Under the pieces are notes generated by a model that saw only the letters and a list, made by a program, of their open reading frames with translations, ran no database searches and was not told the origin of the DNA. Source: Clostridia bacterium (GTDB lineage: Bacteria > Bacteroidota > Bacteroidia > Bacteroidales > 4484-276). From it: a stretch of 64,000 bases of DNA. This document shows positions 18,043 to 27,337 of the stretch, piece after piece. A program made the translations under genes and the position numbers. The DNA lies in assembly GCA_009928785.1 (NCBI GenBank), contig SABY01000001.1:23633-87632 (forward strand). The letters are read 5' to 3'. The first letter of the stretch is position 1, and each line of letters starts with the position of its first letter.

Positions 18043-18867
18043 ATGAATTTTGTTGTTAATTTTGAAAACCTGACCCACAAGACCATTGGCATCGCCCGCA
18101 AAGCCGGAGCCTACATCCGCCAGCAACGCGAGAGCTTTTCGATGCAGTCGGTTGAGACTAAAGGGCTACACGATTTCGTTTCGTACGTTGACAAAACTGC
18201 CGAAAAGATGATCGTTGAGGCATTGTCAGGCTTGCTTCCCGACGCCGGTTTTATTGCCGAAGAAAATACTGCCAGTCGTCGGGCCGACATTTACAACTGG
18301 GTGATTGACCCGCTCGACGGCACCACCAACTTTATTCATGGCGTGCCTATATTTTCGGTGAGCATTGCGCTGATGGAGCATCAGGAGGTGGTGATAGGAG
18401 TGGTGTATGAGATTAATCTCGACGAATGCTACTACGCATGGAAAGGCAGCGCCGCTTACCGCGATGGTAAAATTATCCGCGTAAGCGATGCTGCCAAAGT
18501 TGCCGACAGCCTTTTGGTTACCGGGTTTCCATACACCGATTACGGAAAGTTGCAACCCTACCTGCGGATGTTTGAACATTTTTTGCGCAATTCGCATGGT
18601 GTGCGTCGCCTGGGTTCGGCAGCCGCCGACCTGGCTTGGATGGCGTGTGGCCGGTTTGATGCTTTTTATGAATACGGCCTCAAACCCTGGGATGTTGCTG
18701 CCGGAGCGCTCATCGTGCAGCAGGCGGGAGGCAGAATCACGGATTTCGATAGCGGAAATAATTATATTTTTGGCGCCGAACTCGTGGCTTCAAATGGCAA
18801 AATTCACGAAGAGCTGATGCAGATTGTCGGGAAGTATTTTCCCGCAAAGGAGAAGGACAAAGAATAA
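18043..18867 (+). CDS. Inositol monophosphatase family protein
   Basis: Signature WVIDPLDGTTNFIHG and upstream FIAEE. Confidence 0.85.
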   Translation: MNFVVNFENLTHKTIGIARKAGAYIRQQRESFSMQSVETKGLHDFVSYVDKTAEKMIVEALSGLLPDAGFIAEENTASRRADIYNWVIDPLDGTTNFIHGVPIFSVSIALMEHQEVVIGVVYEINLDECYYAWKGSAAYRDGKIIRVSDAAKVADSLLVTGFPYTDYGKLQPYLRMFEHFLRNSHGVRRLGSAAADLAWMACGRFDAFYEYGLKPWDVAAGALIVQQAGGRITDFDSGNNYIFGAELVASNGKIHEELMQIVGKYFPAKEKDKE

Positions 18868-18923
18868 AGAATTTTTAATGGTTGCGGGAAAACCGCCGGA
18901 GAAAAACCTCTTGATACATAATA

Positions 18924-19280
18924 ATGGAAATGACAGCCAAGCGCGTAATTCAAACCAATGTTCCGGCAGACGATTCCCTGCGACAAATCAAAGACAGCCC
19001 CACGCGTAGTTTCCTCAAAGCGGTGAGCTGGCGGTTCATCGCTTCGGCTACCACATTTTTGGTAACCTTTATTATTTTTAAAAATGCTACCGACAAAACC
19101 GTCGATGAAGTGCTCGAAGCAGCCTGGTACGTAACCATGGTGGAGTTTAGTGCTAAGATATTTATCTACTATTTGCATGAGCGCATGTGGACTAACATAC
19201 GGTGGGGAAAATATTGGCAGCGCAACTACTGGATACGCCGACGTTGGAAACGCCTCTATCGCAGAATGCACCTGAATTAG
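18924..19280 (+). CDS. DUF2061-like small membrane protein
   Basis: Pattern SFLKAVSWRFIASATTFLVTF ... KIFIYYLHERMW is typical of DUF2061. Confidence 0.6.
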   Translation: MEMTAKRVIQTNVPADDSLRQIKDSPTRSFLKAVSWRFIASATTFLVTFIIFKNATDKTVDEVLEAAWYVTMVEFSAKIFIYYLHERMWTNIRWGKYWQRNYWIRRRWKRLYRRMHLN

Positions 19281-19287
19281 AAAACAA

Positions 19288-19371
19288 GAAGTTAGAGGGG
19301 AGAAGTTAGAGGGGAGAAGTTAGAGGGGAGAAGTTAGAGGGGAGAAGTTAGAGGGGAGAAGTTAGAGGGGA
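19288..19371. repeat. Perfect tandem repeat (GAAGTTAGAGGGGA)x6, 14-bp unit
   Basis: Six identical units counted from 19288 to 19371, starting 8 bp after the stop at 19280. Confidence 0.95.
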
Positions 19372-19479
19372 GAGATGAATTTAGAATTTTAGCACCAAAG
19401 GAGCGTTATTCCGATCGATCCCGGCAGGGCGACAGCAGTAAAATAGTTAAAAAAATAATCAATTTATTGTCATAAAAAA

Positions 19480-20865
19480 ATGAAAGCAAACCATAATGTC
19501 CGACTGTTGGGCGCAATCTCATTTTTGATTTTATTCTTCATTTTTCAAGGAGCATCGGTAGTTGCGCAATCGGCTGATGACACCGTCAGGCCAACGCGTG
19601 TTTACGTTTTTGAGCTTAAAGAAGAAATCGCTGAACCGGCCTGGCATCTCACGCGTAATTCATTGCAGGCCGCACACGATACTGCCGCCGACATCATCCT
19701 GATACACATGAACACCTATGGTGGTGCTCTTGCCACTGCCGATAGCATTCGCACAGCCATCCTTCAATCCAAAATACCGGTGTGGGTTTTTATCGATAAC
19801 AACGCCGCTTCTGCCGGCGCGCTGATTTCCATTGCTGCCGACAGCATTTATATGCGGCCTGGCGCCAACATCGGCGCTGCTACCGTGGTAAACCAAACCG
19901 GCGAGGCGCTGCCCGATAAGTACCAGTCGTACATGCGCTCCATGATGCGTTCTACTGCCGAAGCCAGTGGCCGTAACCCGCTGATTGCCGAAGGCATGGT
20001 CGATCCGCGCATCAGCATTCCCGGCATCTCCGACTCCGGGAAAGTGATCACTTTTACCGCTTCCGAAGCCATCAAATATGGATTTTGTGAAGGCACCGCC
20101 AACAGCGTCCCCGAAGTGCTCACCAATGCCGGCATCACCGATTATAAGATTATCCGCTACGAACTGTCGTTCACCGATCGTATTATTCGCTTCCTGGTGA
20201 ATCCAATGATTTCTGGGCTGCTCATCATGATCATTATCGGGGGTATCTATTTCGAATTGCAAACTCCTGGCATCGGTTTTCCCATCGCTGCCTCCATTTT
20301 GGCCGCGCTGCTTTATTTTGCCCCGCTTTATGTTGAAGGACTGGCGGCGCATTGGGAAATCCTGCTCTTTGTAATCGGTGTTGTTCTGATAGCGGTAGAA
20401 ATATTTGCCCTGCCGGGCTTTGGCGTCGCCGGCATTTCCGGGATAGCCCTGGTAGTAGCCGGTTTGGTGCTGAGCATGCTTGGCAACGTGGGATTCGATT
20501 TTTCGCTGCTCCATATCGACGACATCGTGGTAGCGCTCTTCACCGTGATCATTGCTACTTTTGGGGCACTGGTTGCGAGTATTTATTTTAGCCGAAAGCT
20601 CTTTACCAGCAGAATATTTGGCGGGCTGGCGCTCTCATCTACGCAGGATAAGTCAGCAGGATTTACTTCTGCGCAAAGCAGCTACACCGATATGCTCGGC
20701 CGCCAGGGCGTGGCACGCACCGTTTTGCGTCCGGCGGGCAAAGTGCTTATCGACGAACAAATATTCGACGCCACGGCAGAGTCAGGATTTATCGACAAAG
20801 ACACCCCGGTGCGCGTTACACGTTATATCAATACACAACTTTTCGTACGCAAAATTTCCTCATAA
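19480..20865 (+). CDS. NfeD family membrane-bound serine protease (ClpP-class)
   Basis: Signal peptide, ClpP-like N-domain, 4-5 TM helices and a C-terminal NfeD OB-like domain (VRVTRYINTQLFVRK). Confidence 0.75.
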   Translation: MKANHNVRLLGAISFLILFFIFQGASVVAQSADDTVRPTRVYVFELKEEIAEPAWHLTRNSLQAAHDTAADIILIHMNTYGGALATADSIRTAILQSKIPVWVFIDNNAASAGALISIAADSIYMRPGANIGAATVVNQTGEALPDKYQSYMRSMMRSTAEASGRNPLIAEGMVDPRISIPGISDSGKVITFTASEAIKYGFCEGTANSVPEVLTNAGITDYKIIRYELSFTDRIIRFLVNPMISGLLIMIIIGGIYFELQTPGIGFPIAASILAALLYFAPLYVEGLAAHWEILLFVIGVVLIAVEIFALPGFGVAGISGIALVVAGLVLSMLGNVGFDFSLLHIDDIVVALFTVIIATFGALVASIYFSRKLFTSRIFGGLALSSTQDKSAGFTSAQSSYTDMLGRQGVARTVLRPAGKVLIDEQIFDATAESGFIDKDTPVRVTRYINTQLFVRKISS

Positions 20866-20925
20866 CCAGTGCTTTTATAGTGATTTGCAATACCTTGCAG
20901 CCCATGAGCGTTGGCATAATTGTGT

Positions 20926-20933
20926 TATCTTTG
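20926..20933 (+). promoter_or_regulatory. -7 promoter box TATCTTTG upstream of prfA
   Basis: Exact TAnnTTTG match 40 nt upstream of the ATG at 20973. Confidence 0.4.
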
Positions 20934-20972
20934 CCCGCTTCATTTTAATAATAGAAAGTACCCGCAACTAAT

Positions 20973-22049
20973 ATGCTTGACAAACTGGAAGCGATCAAAA
21001 ATCGCTGGAAAGAAATAGAGAAACAGATGAATGAACCATCGGCTATGGCCGATATGAAGAAGTTTATTCAGCTCAACAAAAGTTATAAAGAACTCCAACC
21101 GGTGGTGGGGGGTTATGAAACTCTGGTGAACATTGAACGAAATATCGAATCGGCGCGCGATGTATTAAAAAACGAGAAAGACGAAGAGTTTAGGGCTATG
21201 GCCAAAGAAGAACTCAACGATTTGCTTCAACGCAGAGAAGAGCTCGAAGAAGAAGTGCGCCTGATGCTCATTCCCGCCGACCCGCAGGACGGCAAAAATG
21301 CCATCGTCGAAATACGTGCCGGCTCTGGTGGCGATGAAGCCAGCATCTTTGCCGGCGACCTTTACAGGATGTACCTCAAATTTTGTGAAAACAAAAACTG
21401 GAAACTCGAAGGCGTGGACGTGACAGAAGGCACGGTAGGTGGTTTTAAAGAGATCATCTTCAACGTAATTGGCGACAATGTGTATGGCCAGATGAAATAC
21501 GAGTCGGGCGTGCACCGGGTGCAACGTGTGCCGCAAACCGAAACCCAGGGACGCGTGCATACTTCGGCCGCTTCGGTAGTAGTGCTTCCCGAAGCCGACG
21601 AGTTCGACATCGACCTGAAACCTGCCGACATCCGCAAAGACCTTTACTGTTCTTCAGGCCCCGGCGGACAAAGCGTCAACACTACCTATTCAGCGGTACG
21701 CCTTACACACATTCCTACCGGAATAGTGGCCACGTGCCAGGATCAAAAATCGCAGATGAAGAATTATCAGAAAGCCCTATCGGTGCTGCGTTCGAGGATA
21801 TTTGAAATGGAATATCAGAAATATCTGGAGGAAATATCTTCCAAACGCAAAACAATGGTTTCTACCGGCGACCGTTCGGCAAAGATCAGAACCTACAACT
21901 ATCCGCAAGGGCGCGTTACCGACCACCGCATCAACTTCACCATGTACAACTTGCAATCTTTTGTTGATGGAAATATTCAGGAAATCATCGATCAATTGCA
22001 ACTTGCCGAAAATGCCGAACGACTCAAAGCTGAAGTGGCAGGCACCTGA
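20973..22049 (+). CDS. prfA: Peptide chain release factor 1
   Basis: GGQ motif (GPGGQSVNTT) and RF1-type anticodon-like region RVPQTETQGRVHTS. Confidence 0.95.
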   Translation: MLDKLEAIKNRWKEIEKQMNEPSAMADMKKFIQLNKSYKELQPVVGGYETLVNIERNIESARDVLKNEKDEEFRAMAKEELNDLLQRREELEEEVRLMLIPADPQDGKNAIVEIRAGSGGDEASIFAGDLYRMYLKFCENKNWKLEGVDVTEGTVGGFKEIIFNVIGDNVYGQMKYESGVHRVQRVPQTETQGRVHTSAASVVVLPEADEFDIDLKPADIRKDLYCSSGPGGQSVNTTYSAVRLTHIPTGIVATCQDQKSQMKNYQKALSVLRSRIFEMEYQKYLEEISSKRKTMVSTGDRSAKIRTYNYPQGRVTDHRINFTMYNLQSFVDGNIQEIIDQLQLAENAERLKAEVAGT

Positions 22050-22116
22050 TAGTTCATCTTAAGCGCTCGTTTATTAATAAAGAAATGCTTTTCAAAAAAA
22101 TCAATAACATACATTA

Positions 22117-22767
22117 ATGGAATACAACAGTCAACGCGAAAAAATCATCATCCCGGAATATGGACGTAATCTGCAAAAAATTGTTGAAATTGTGGTAAAA
22201 ACCGAAGACCGCGCCAAGCGCACCCAACTGGCACATGCCGTTGTGGACATTATGGCCAACATTCATTCGCAGGTAAAAGACTCGCCCGAGCTGCGGCAGC
22301 GCTTGTGGGATCATCTGTATATCGTTTCCCGTTTCAGGCTTGATGTGGACAGCCCGTATCCCATGCCCGACCGCGAAGTCCTGACCAAGTTGCCTCAAAA
22401 GCTGGACTACCCGCGCAAGAATATGCGTTTTAGTTATTATGGTAAAAATATCGAAAACATTATCACAGAGGTTGCCAAATATCCTGATGGCGACGACAAA
22501 AGCGACTTGGTAAAAAGTATTGCCAACCACCTAAAAAAATCATATCTCACCTGGAACCGCGATTCGGTGGACGATGAGTTGATTAAAAAGCATTTTGATG
22601 AATTGTCGCAAGGCAAACTACAGCTCGACAGCGATTATCATTTTACCACTACCAACGAATTACTGGGTACCAAGCCACGTAAAAAATCTACAAAGCCTTA
22701 CCAGCCACGTCCACAGCATAGTACCAGCAAGCCACAGAGGAAGCAAAACCGTCCGAAGAATTATTAA
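22117..22767 (+). CDS. DUF4290 domain protein
   Basis: N-terminus MEYNSQREKIIIPEYGRNLQKIVE. Conserved position immediately upstream of murA, as in other Bacteroidota. Basic low-complexity tail. Confidence 0.7.
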   Translation: MEYNSQREKIIIPEYGRNLQKIVEIVVKTEDRAKRTQLAHAVVDIMANIHSQVKDSPELRQRLWDHLYIVSRFRLDVDSPYPMPDREVLTKLPQKLDYPRKNMRFSYYGKNIENIITEVAKYPDGDDKSDLVKSIANHLKKSYLTWNRDSVDDELIKKHFDELSQGKLQLDSDYHFTTTNELLGTKPRKKSTKPYQPRPQHSTSKPQRKQNRPKNY

Positions 22768-22785
22768 CACCCAAAAATTATTGAT

Positions 22786-24090
22786 ATGAGTTCTTTTGAA
22801 ATTTGCGGAGGCAAAAGGCTCAGTGGACAGATTACACCCCAGGGTGCCAAAAACGAGGCGCTTCAGGTGATTTGTGCTGTTTTACTCACGAGCCAACCTG
22901 TTACCATTAGCAACATTCCGGAGATACGTGATGTGATAAAGCTAATCGACCTGCTGAAGTTGCTTGGCGTGGTGGTGGAAAAAACCGACGAGTCAACCTG
23001 GCGCTTTACCGCCTCAGATATTCATCTCGATATTTTGCTTACGGATAAGTTTCGTAAAAAAAGTGCGGAGTTGCGCGGCAGTATCATGATTATCGGTCCG
23101 CTGCTTGCACGCTTCGGTAAGGCATTTATTCCGCAGCCTGGTGGCGACAAAATAGGCCGTCGTCGGCTCGACACGCACTTTATTGGGTTACAAAAGCTGG
23201 GTGCCAAATTCGATTATAACTTTCAGAAGAACTACTACAGCGTGGTAGCGGAGCGTCTGGAAGGTACCTACATGCTCCTCGACGAAGCCTCCGTTACCGG
23301 CACCGCCAACGTACTCATGGCTGCCACCCTGGCGCATGGCACCACCACCATTTTCAACGCCGCCTGCGAGCCTTATGTGGTGCAGCTCTGTAAAATGCTC
23401 AACAGCATGGGTGCCCGAATCGAAGGTATTGGCAGCAATCTGCTGATTGTACACGGTGTAGAAGTTTTATCCGGCTGCAGCCATAAGCTCTTGCCCGACA
23501 TGATCGAGGTGGGTAGTTTTATCGGGCTGGCAGCACTCACCCAATCCAACATAAAAATTACCGGCGTCAACCCGGCCGATCTGGGCATCATCCCCGACGT
23601 TTTTGGAAGGCTCGGCATCCGTATGCAACTCAATGCCGACAGCATCGAAATTCCCGAACAGGAGAGTTACGAGATCGAAACTTTTATGGATGGCTCCATC
23701 ATGACCATCTCTGATGCTCCGTGGCCCGGCTTTACTCCCGACCTGATTAGTATTGCGCTGGTGGTGGCCATACAAGCCAAAGGCAGCGTGTTGATCCATC
23801 AGAAAATGTTTGAAAGCCGTCTGTTTTTCGTTGACAAACTCATCGACATGGGCGCTCGTATTATTTTGTGCGACCCGCACCGCGCCACCGTTATTGGCCT
23901 CGCCCGGCAATACAAGCTGCGCGCTATCCGTATGAGTTCGCCCGACATACGTGCTGGTGTAGCCTTGCTGCTCAGTGCGCTATCGGCTGAAGGCAAAAGC
24001 ATCATCGACAACATTGAGCAGATCGACCGCGGCTACCAAAACATCGATGGACGCCTGCGTGCAATTGGCGCGGAAATTGAAAGAATTTAG
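22786..24090 (+). CDS. murA: UDP-N-acetylglucosamine 1-carboxyvinyltransferase
   Basis: Full-length MurA pattern (GAKNEALQVICA...). The active-site loop PGGDKIGRRRLDTH has Asp (codon GAC at 23146-23148) where E. coli has Cys115. Confidence 0.95.
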   Translation: MSSFEICGGKRLSGQITPQGAKNEALQVICAVLLTSQPVTISNIPEIRDVIKLIDLLKLLGVVVEKTDESTWRFTASDIHLDILLTDKFRKKSAELRGSIMIIGPLLARFGKAFIPQPGGDKIGRRRLDTHFIGLQKLGAKFDYNFQKNYYSVVAERLEGTYMLLDEASVTGTANVLMAATLAHGTTTIFNAACEPYVVQLCKMLNSMGARIEGIGSNLLIVHGVEVLSGCSHKLLPDMIEVGSFIGLAALTQSNIKITGVNPADLGIIPDVFGRLGIRMQLNADSIEIPEQESYEIETFMDGSIMTISDAPWPGFTPDLISIALVVAIQAKGSVLIHQKMFESRLFFVDKLIDMGARIILCDPHRATVIGLARQYKLRAIRMSSPDIRAGVALLLSALSAEGKSIIDNIEQIDRGYQNIDGRLRAIGAEIERI

Positions 24091-24231
24091 AAGTTAGATG
24101 TCAGAAGTTAGATGTTAGAAATTAGATTTAGGATTTTTAATTAGGAAGTAGAGACGCACAGCCTGCCCCGCCCATGCGGGGGACGTGCGTAAATAATTAC
24201 GAATGAATATTGAATTTTGAATTTTGAATTG
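24090..24231. repeat. Composite element: degenerate 14-mers (GAAGTTAGATGTNA), the same GC hairpin as at 12372 (inverted), and (TGAATTT)x~4
   Basis: 24148-24190 is a perfect reverse-complement match to 12374-12416 (43 nt). 14-mers at 24090-24131; heptads at 24204-24231. Confidence 0.9.
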
Positions 24232-24306
24232 TAACCCCAACAGGACAGTAATAAAATAGGCAGGTGTTACAATGTTTTTGATGAATAAATTTTGAATTTT
24301 CTAATT

Positions 24307-24843
24307 ATGAAAAAATATTTCATAGCCACAACGATACTCATCAGCGGGCTGATCACCTTTTCATTACCTGTGCCTGCGCAAACGCAAGCAGCTACCGGAG
24401 TGGAAATTGGCAATACGTTGCCCGACATTACCCTCAATGACTTGGATGGCAATCCACGCAGCATTTCACAACTACGTGGCAACGTTGTCTTTGTCGATTT
24501 CTGGGCGTCGTGGTGCCGACCGTGTCGCCGTGAAAACCCGGTGGTGGTGCAGACATACACAGATTACCACAATAAAAAATTTAAAGATGCTACCGGTTTT
24601 AGAATTTACAGTATCTCCTTCGATAAAACCCACGACGACTGGAGCAAAGCAGTAGAAGCCGATGGCTTGTTGTGGGACGAACAGGTGAGCGACTTGCAGG
24701 GATGGCGGTCGGTGGCTGCCAAAAAATACAACGTCCGCGCCATCCCCATGAATTTCCTTATCGATCAAAACGGAGTGATCATTGCAAAAAATCTGCGCGG
24801 CGATCAATTGGCCGAGCACCTTCGAAAGCTCGTGAAGGAATAG
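24307..24843 (+). CDS. TlpA-like thiol:disulfide oxidoreductase (thioredoxin fold), secreted
   Basis: CxxC motif in FWASWCRPCRRENP. Signal peptide MKKYFIATTILISGLITFSLPVPAQ. ATG verified at 24307. Confidence 0.85.
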   Translation: MKKYFIATTILISGLITFSLPVPAQTQAATGVEIGNTLPDITLNDLDGNPRSISQLRGNVVFVDFWASWCRPCRRENPVVVQTYTDYHNKKFKDATGFRIYSISFDKTHDDWSKAVEADGLLWDEQVSDLQGWRSVAAKKYNVRAIPMNFLIDQNGVIIAKNLRGDQLAEHLRKLVKE

Positions 24844-24961
24844 TCGGTGCGCCGGTGTGACATTTTGACGTTAAGCCAGCCCGTGGCAAATTATTTGATT
24901 GGCCGGGGCTGGTTTCATTTATACATTTAGTCAAGGTATTGATTATTAATAATAAAATAAG

Positions 24962-25567
24962 ATGGACGAGAAAATAAAAAACCCCGAATACGACAACTCA
25001 CAGCCAGAAAATCTAAAGGAGCGTCAGGATGACGCCACAGATATGCCGGATGGTGATGCAAAGAGATCTACCCGCACAGCAAAGAAAAAGCAGGAGCACA
25101 CGCGGCTCGAATCGCGCATCAACGAGCTGGAAGCCAACCTCGCCGAACTCAACGACAAGTACCTGCGGCTGTTTTCCGAATTCGACAATTACCGCAAGCG
25201 TACCAGCAAAGAGCGCATCGAATTGCTCGATACAGCTTCGGGAGAATTGATCAAAGAGTTGCTGCCGGTGCTTGATGATTTCGATCGTGCCATGCAATTG
25301 CACAATGCTGATACTGACCCCGTACTTGTCAGCAGTTTCGAAGGAACGCGGCTGATTTACAATAAACTTAAAAACCTGCTGATACGCAAAGGCCTGGAGC
25401 CTATGAAAACCTTAGGCGAACCTTTCGATACTGATTTTCATGAAGCCATCACCAACATCCCCGCACCAACTCCCGAATTGGTGGGCAAAGTTGTGGATGA
25501 AATCCAAAAAGGCTATATGCTCAAAGGCAAAGTTATCCGCTATGCCCGTGTAGTGATAGGGCAATAA
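24962..25567 (+). CDS. grpE: Nucleotide exchange factor GrpE
   Basis: Coiled-coil N-terminus, then RLFSEFDNYRKRTSKE and the C-terminal beta domain GYMLKGKVIRYARV. Confidence 0.9.
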   Translation: MDEKIKNPEYDNSQPENLKERQDDATDMPDGDAKRSTRTAKKKQEHTRLESRINELEANLAELNDKYLRLFSEFDNYRKRTSKERIELLDTASGELIKELLPVLDDFDRAMQLHNADTDPVLVSSFEGTRLIYNKLKNLLIRKGLEPMKTLGEPFDTDFHEAITNIPAPTPELVGKVVDEIQKGYMLKGKVIRYARVVIGQ

Positions 25568-25609
25568 TCCGAATAATTAGCGCATTTTTTTGCAAAGAAA
25601 TACGACTTT

Positions 25610-26752
25610 ATGACAAAACGAGATTACTACGAAATACTGGAGATAACGCGCGATGCTAACGAAGGTGAGATAAAAAAGGCTTATCGCAAAATGGCTTTGC
25701 GCTATCATCCCGACAAAAACCCCGGCGACCACCAGTCAGAGGAGAAATTTAAAGAAGCTGCCGAAGCTTATGAAATTCTGAACGACAGTGATAAGCGCCA
25801 GCGCTACGACCGTTTTGGTCATGCTGGTGTGCGCGGTCAGGGAGGTGGCGGCTACGATATGTCGATGGAAGACATCTTCTCTAATTTCGGCGACATCTTT
25901 GGCAGCGCCTTTGGCGGTTTCAGCGGCGGTTTTGGCAACGGCAGCCGGCGGCGTCGTGTCAATCGGGGCAGCAATCTTAGGGTGCGCGTTAAGCTATCCC
26001 TCGAAGAGATTGCCAATGGTGTGAACAAAAAAATAAAAGTCAACAAATACAAAAAGTGTGAGGAGTGCTCCGGGAGTGGCGCCAAAGGCGGTAGCTCTTA
26101 CAGTACCTGCAGCACTTGCCATGGCTCCGGACAAGTGACGCGCGTCACGAATACTTTTCTGGGTCAGATGCAGACCGCCAGCACATGCCCGGCCTGTGGC
26201 GGCGAAGGCCAGGTAATTACCAGCAAATGTACCTCCTGCAATGGCGACGGTATTGTGCGCGGCGAAGAAGTTGTAAGTATCGACATCCCCGCCGGTGTGG
26301 CGCAGGACATGCAACTTTCGGTAAGTGGCAAGGGCAATGCCGGTGCGCGCGGCGGCATCAACGGCGACCTCATCGTGGTGATAGAAGAAGCCGAACACGA
26401 GTCGCTTATCCGCGACGGCGACAACCTCATTTACAATCATTTTATCACTTATGCCGAAGCTGCACTTGGGGCAACTGCCTATGTGCCCACCCTCGACGGA
26501 AAAGCTAAGTTGAGTATCGAAGCAGGCACCCACTCCGGAAAAGTACTCCGGCTTAAAGGAAAAGGAATCCCGCATCTGCAGCAATACGGCCGCGGCGATT
26601 TACTGGTAAACATCAGTGTGTGGACACCACAAAGCCTTAGCCGCGAAGAACGCGAGCTGCTGCAACAACTCGACAAATCCGACAACTTTAAACCCAATCC
26701 TTCCAAAAGCCAGCGCAACATTTTTAACAGGATGAAGGAATATTTTCAGTAA
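25610..26752 (+). CDS. dnaJ: Molecular chaperone DnaJ
   Basis: J-domain HPD (RYHPDKNP), a G/F-rich region and four CxxCxGxG repeats (CEECSGSG, CSTCHGSG, CPACGGEG, CTSCNGDG). Confidence 0.95.
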   Translation: MTKRDYYEILEITRDANEGEIKKAYRKMALRYHPDKNPGDHQSEEKFKEAAEAYEILNDSDKRQRYDRFGHAGVRGQGGGGYDMSMEDIFSNFGDIFGSAFGGFSGGFGNGSRRRRVNRGSNLRVRVKLSLEEIANGVNKKIKVNKYKKCEECSGSGAKGGSSYSTCSTCHGSGQVTRVTNTFLGQMQTASTCPACGGEGQVITSKCTSCNGDGIVRGEEVVSIDIPAGVAQDMQLSVSGKGNAGARGGINGDLIVVIEEAEHESLIRDGDNLIYNHFITYAEAALGATAYVPTLDGKAKLSIEAGTHSGKVLRLKGKGIPHLQQYGRGDLLVNISVWTPQSLSREERELLQQLDKSDNFKPNPSKSQRNIFNRMKEYFQ

Positions 26753-27099
26753 TGGCTAAAAAAAATAAGAATATCACCGGCGATGTTGTTTACTCCACCA
26801 ATCCCGACTTTTCGTTTGAATACCGTGAGGAGGTGCAGCAGGAAACGCTCCCCCCGGCACAGCAAAAGCTAAAAGTGTGGCTCGATCGCAAAATGCGCAA
26901 AGGCAAGATGGTAACATTGGTGAAGGGTTTTGTGGGGACAACCGATGATATGGAATCATTGGCAAAACTCCTCAAGACGCGCTGTGGCACTGGTGGCTCC
27001 GCCAAAGACGGCGAAATAATTATACAAGGTGATGTGCGCGAAAAGGTGTTGACAATCCTGAAAAATGAAGGCTACAAAGCAATTGCCGCAGGAGGATAA
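26752..27099 (+). CDS. SUI1/YciH family translation initiation factor-like protein
   Basis: 115 aa. KGKMVTLVKGF...LKTRCGTGGSAKDGEIIIQGD pattern. The start overlaps the dnaJ stop (TAATG). Confidence 0.85.
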   Translation: MAKKNKNITGDVVYSTNPDFSFEYREEVQQETLPPAQQKLKVWLDRKMRKGKMVTLVKGFVGTTDDMESLAKLLKTRCGTGGSAKDGEIIIQGDVREKVLTILKNEGYKAIAAGG

Positions 27100-27122
27100 A
27101 AGAGGAGTCATGTAGTGATGAA

Positions 27123-27275
27123 AGACCAAACCCTTCGGAGGACGTGTGTCTGGAAATGCAATTGAAATCCGAATACCGAATACCGAATACCGAATACTGA
27201 ATACCGAATACCGAATACCGAATAACGAATACCGAATAACGGATAACGAATAACGAATAACGGATAACGAATTTT
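27123..27275. repeat. Composite element: short hairpin region, CAATTGAAATCC junction and 15 heptads (GAATACC grading to GAATAAC/GGATAAC)
   Basis: AGACCAAACCCTTCGGAGGACGTGTGTCT at 27123-27151. The junction at 27159-27170 is identical to 12416-12427. Heptads counted from 27171 to 27275. Confidence 0.9.
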
Positions 27276-27337
27276 AGCCCCAACGAGCCGACATCAAAGC
27301 CAAACCAACGACAATTTGTTAACCCGACAACATTACT

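Noticed and set aside
19480-20865. NfeD protease without the usual adjacent SPFH/stomatin partner
   Set aside because: The long NfeD form with its own protease domain is often found alone. The absence of a partner within one window is not informative.
20973-22049. Programmed +1 frameshift in a release factor gene
   Set aside because: That feature belongs to prfB (RF2). This gene is RF1 (PxT-type region, single uninterrupted ORF).
24962-27099. grpE-dnaJ-SUI1 operon lacking dnaK as an anomaly
   Set aside because: To my knowledge, dnaK is commonly unlinked from grpE-dnaJ in Bacteroidota. The TAATG overlap of dnaJ and the SUI1 gene is ordinary translational coupling.
27020-27283. ORFs translated through microsatellites (27020..27283, 12304..12492, 12413..12742, 41833..42180, 42059..42271, 44940..45206, 47442..47732, 47490..47702, 47503..47838, 47543..47809, 47591..47872)
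   Set aside because: Their proteins are low-complexity read-outs of the tandem repeats (for example FVIRYSVFVIRYS and QTTNNKQQTTNNK). They overlap each other on both strands and lack plausible starts. They are artefacts of repeat DNA.
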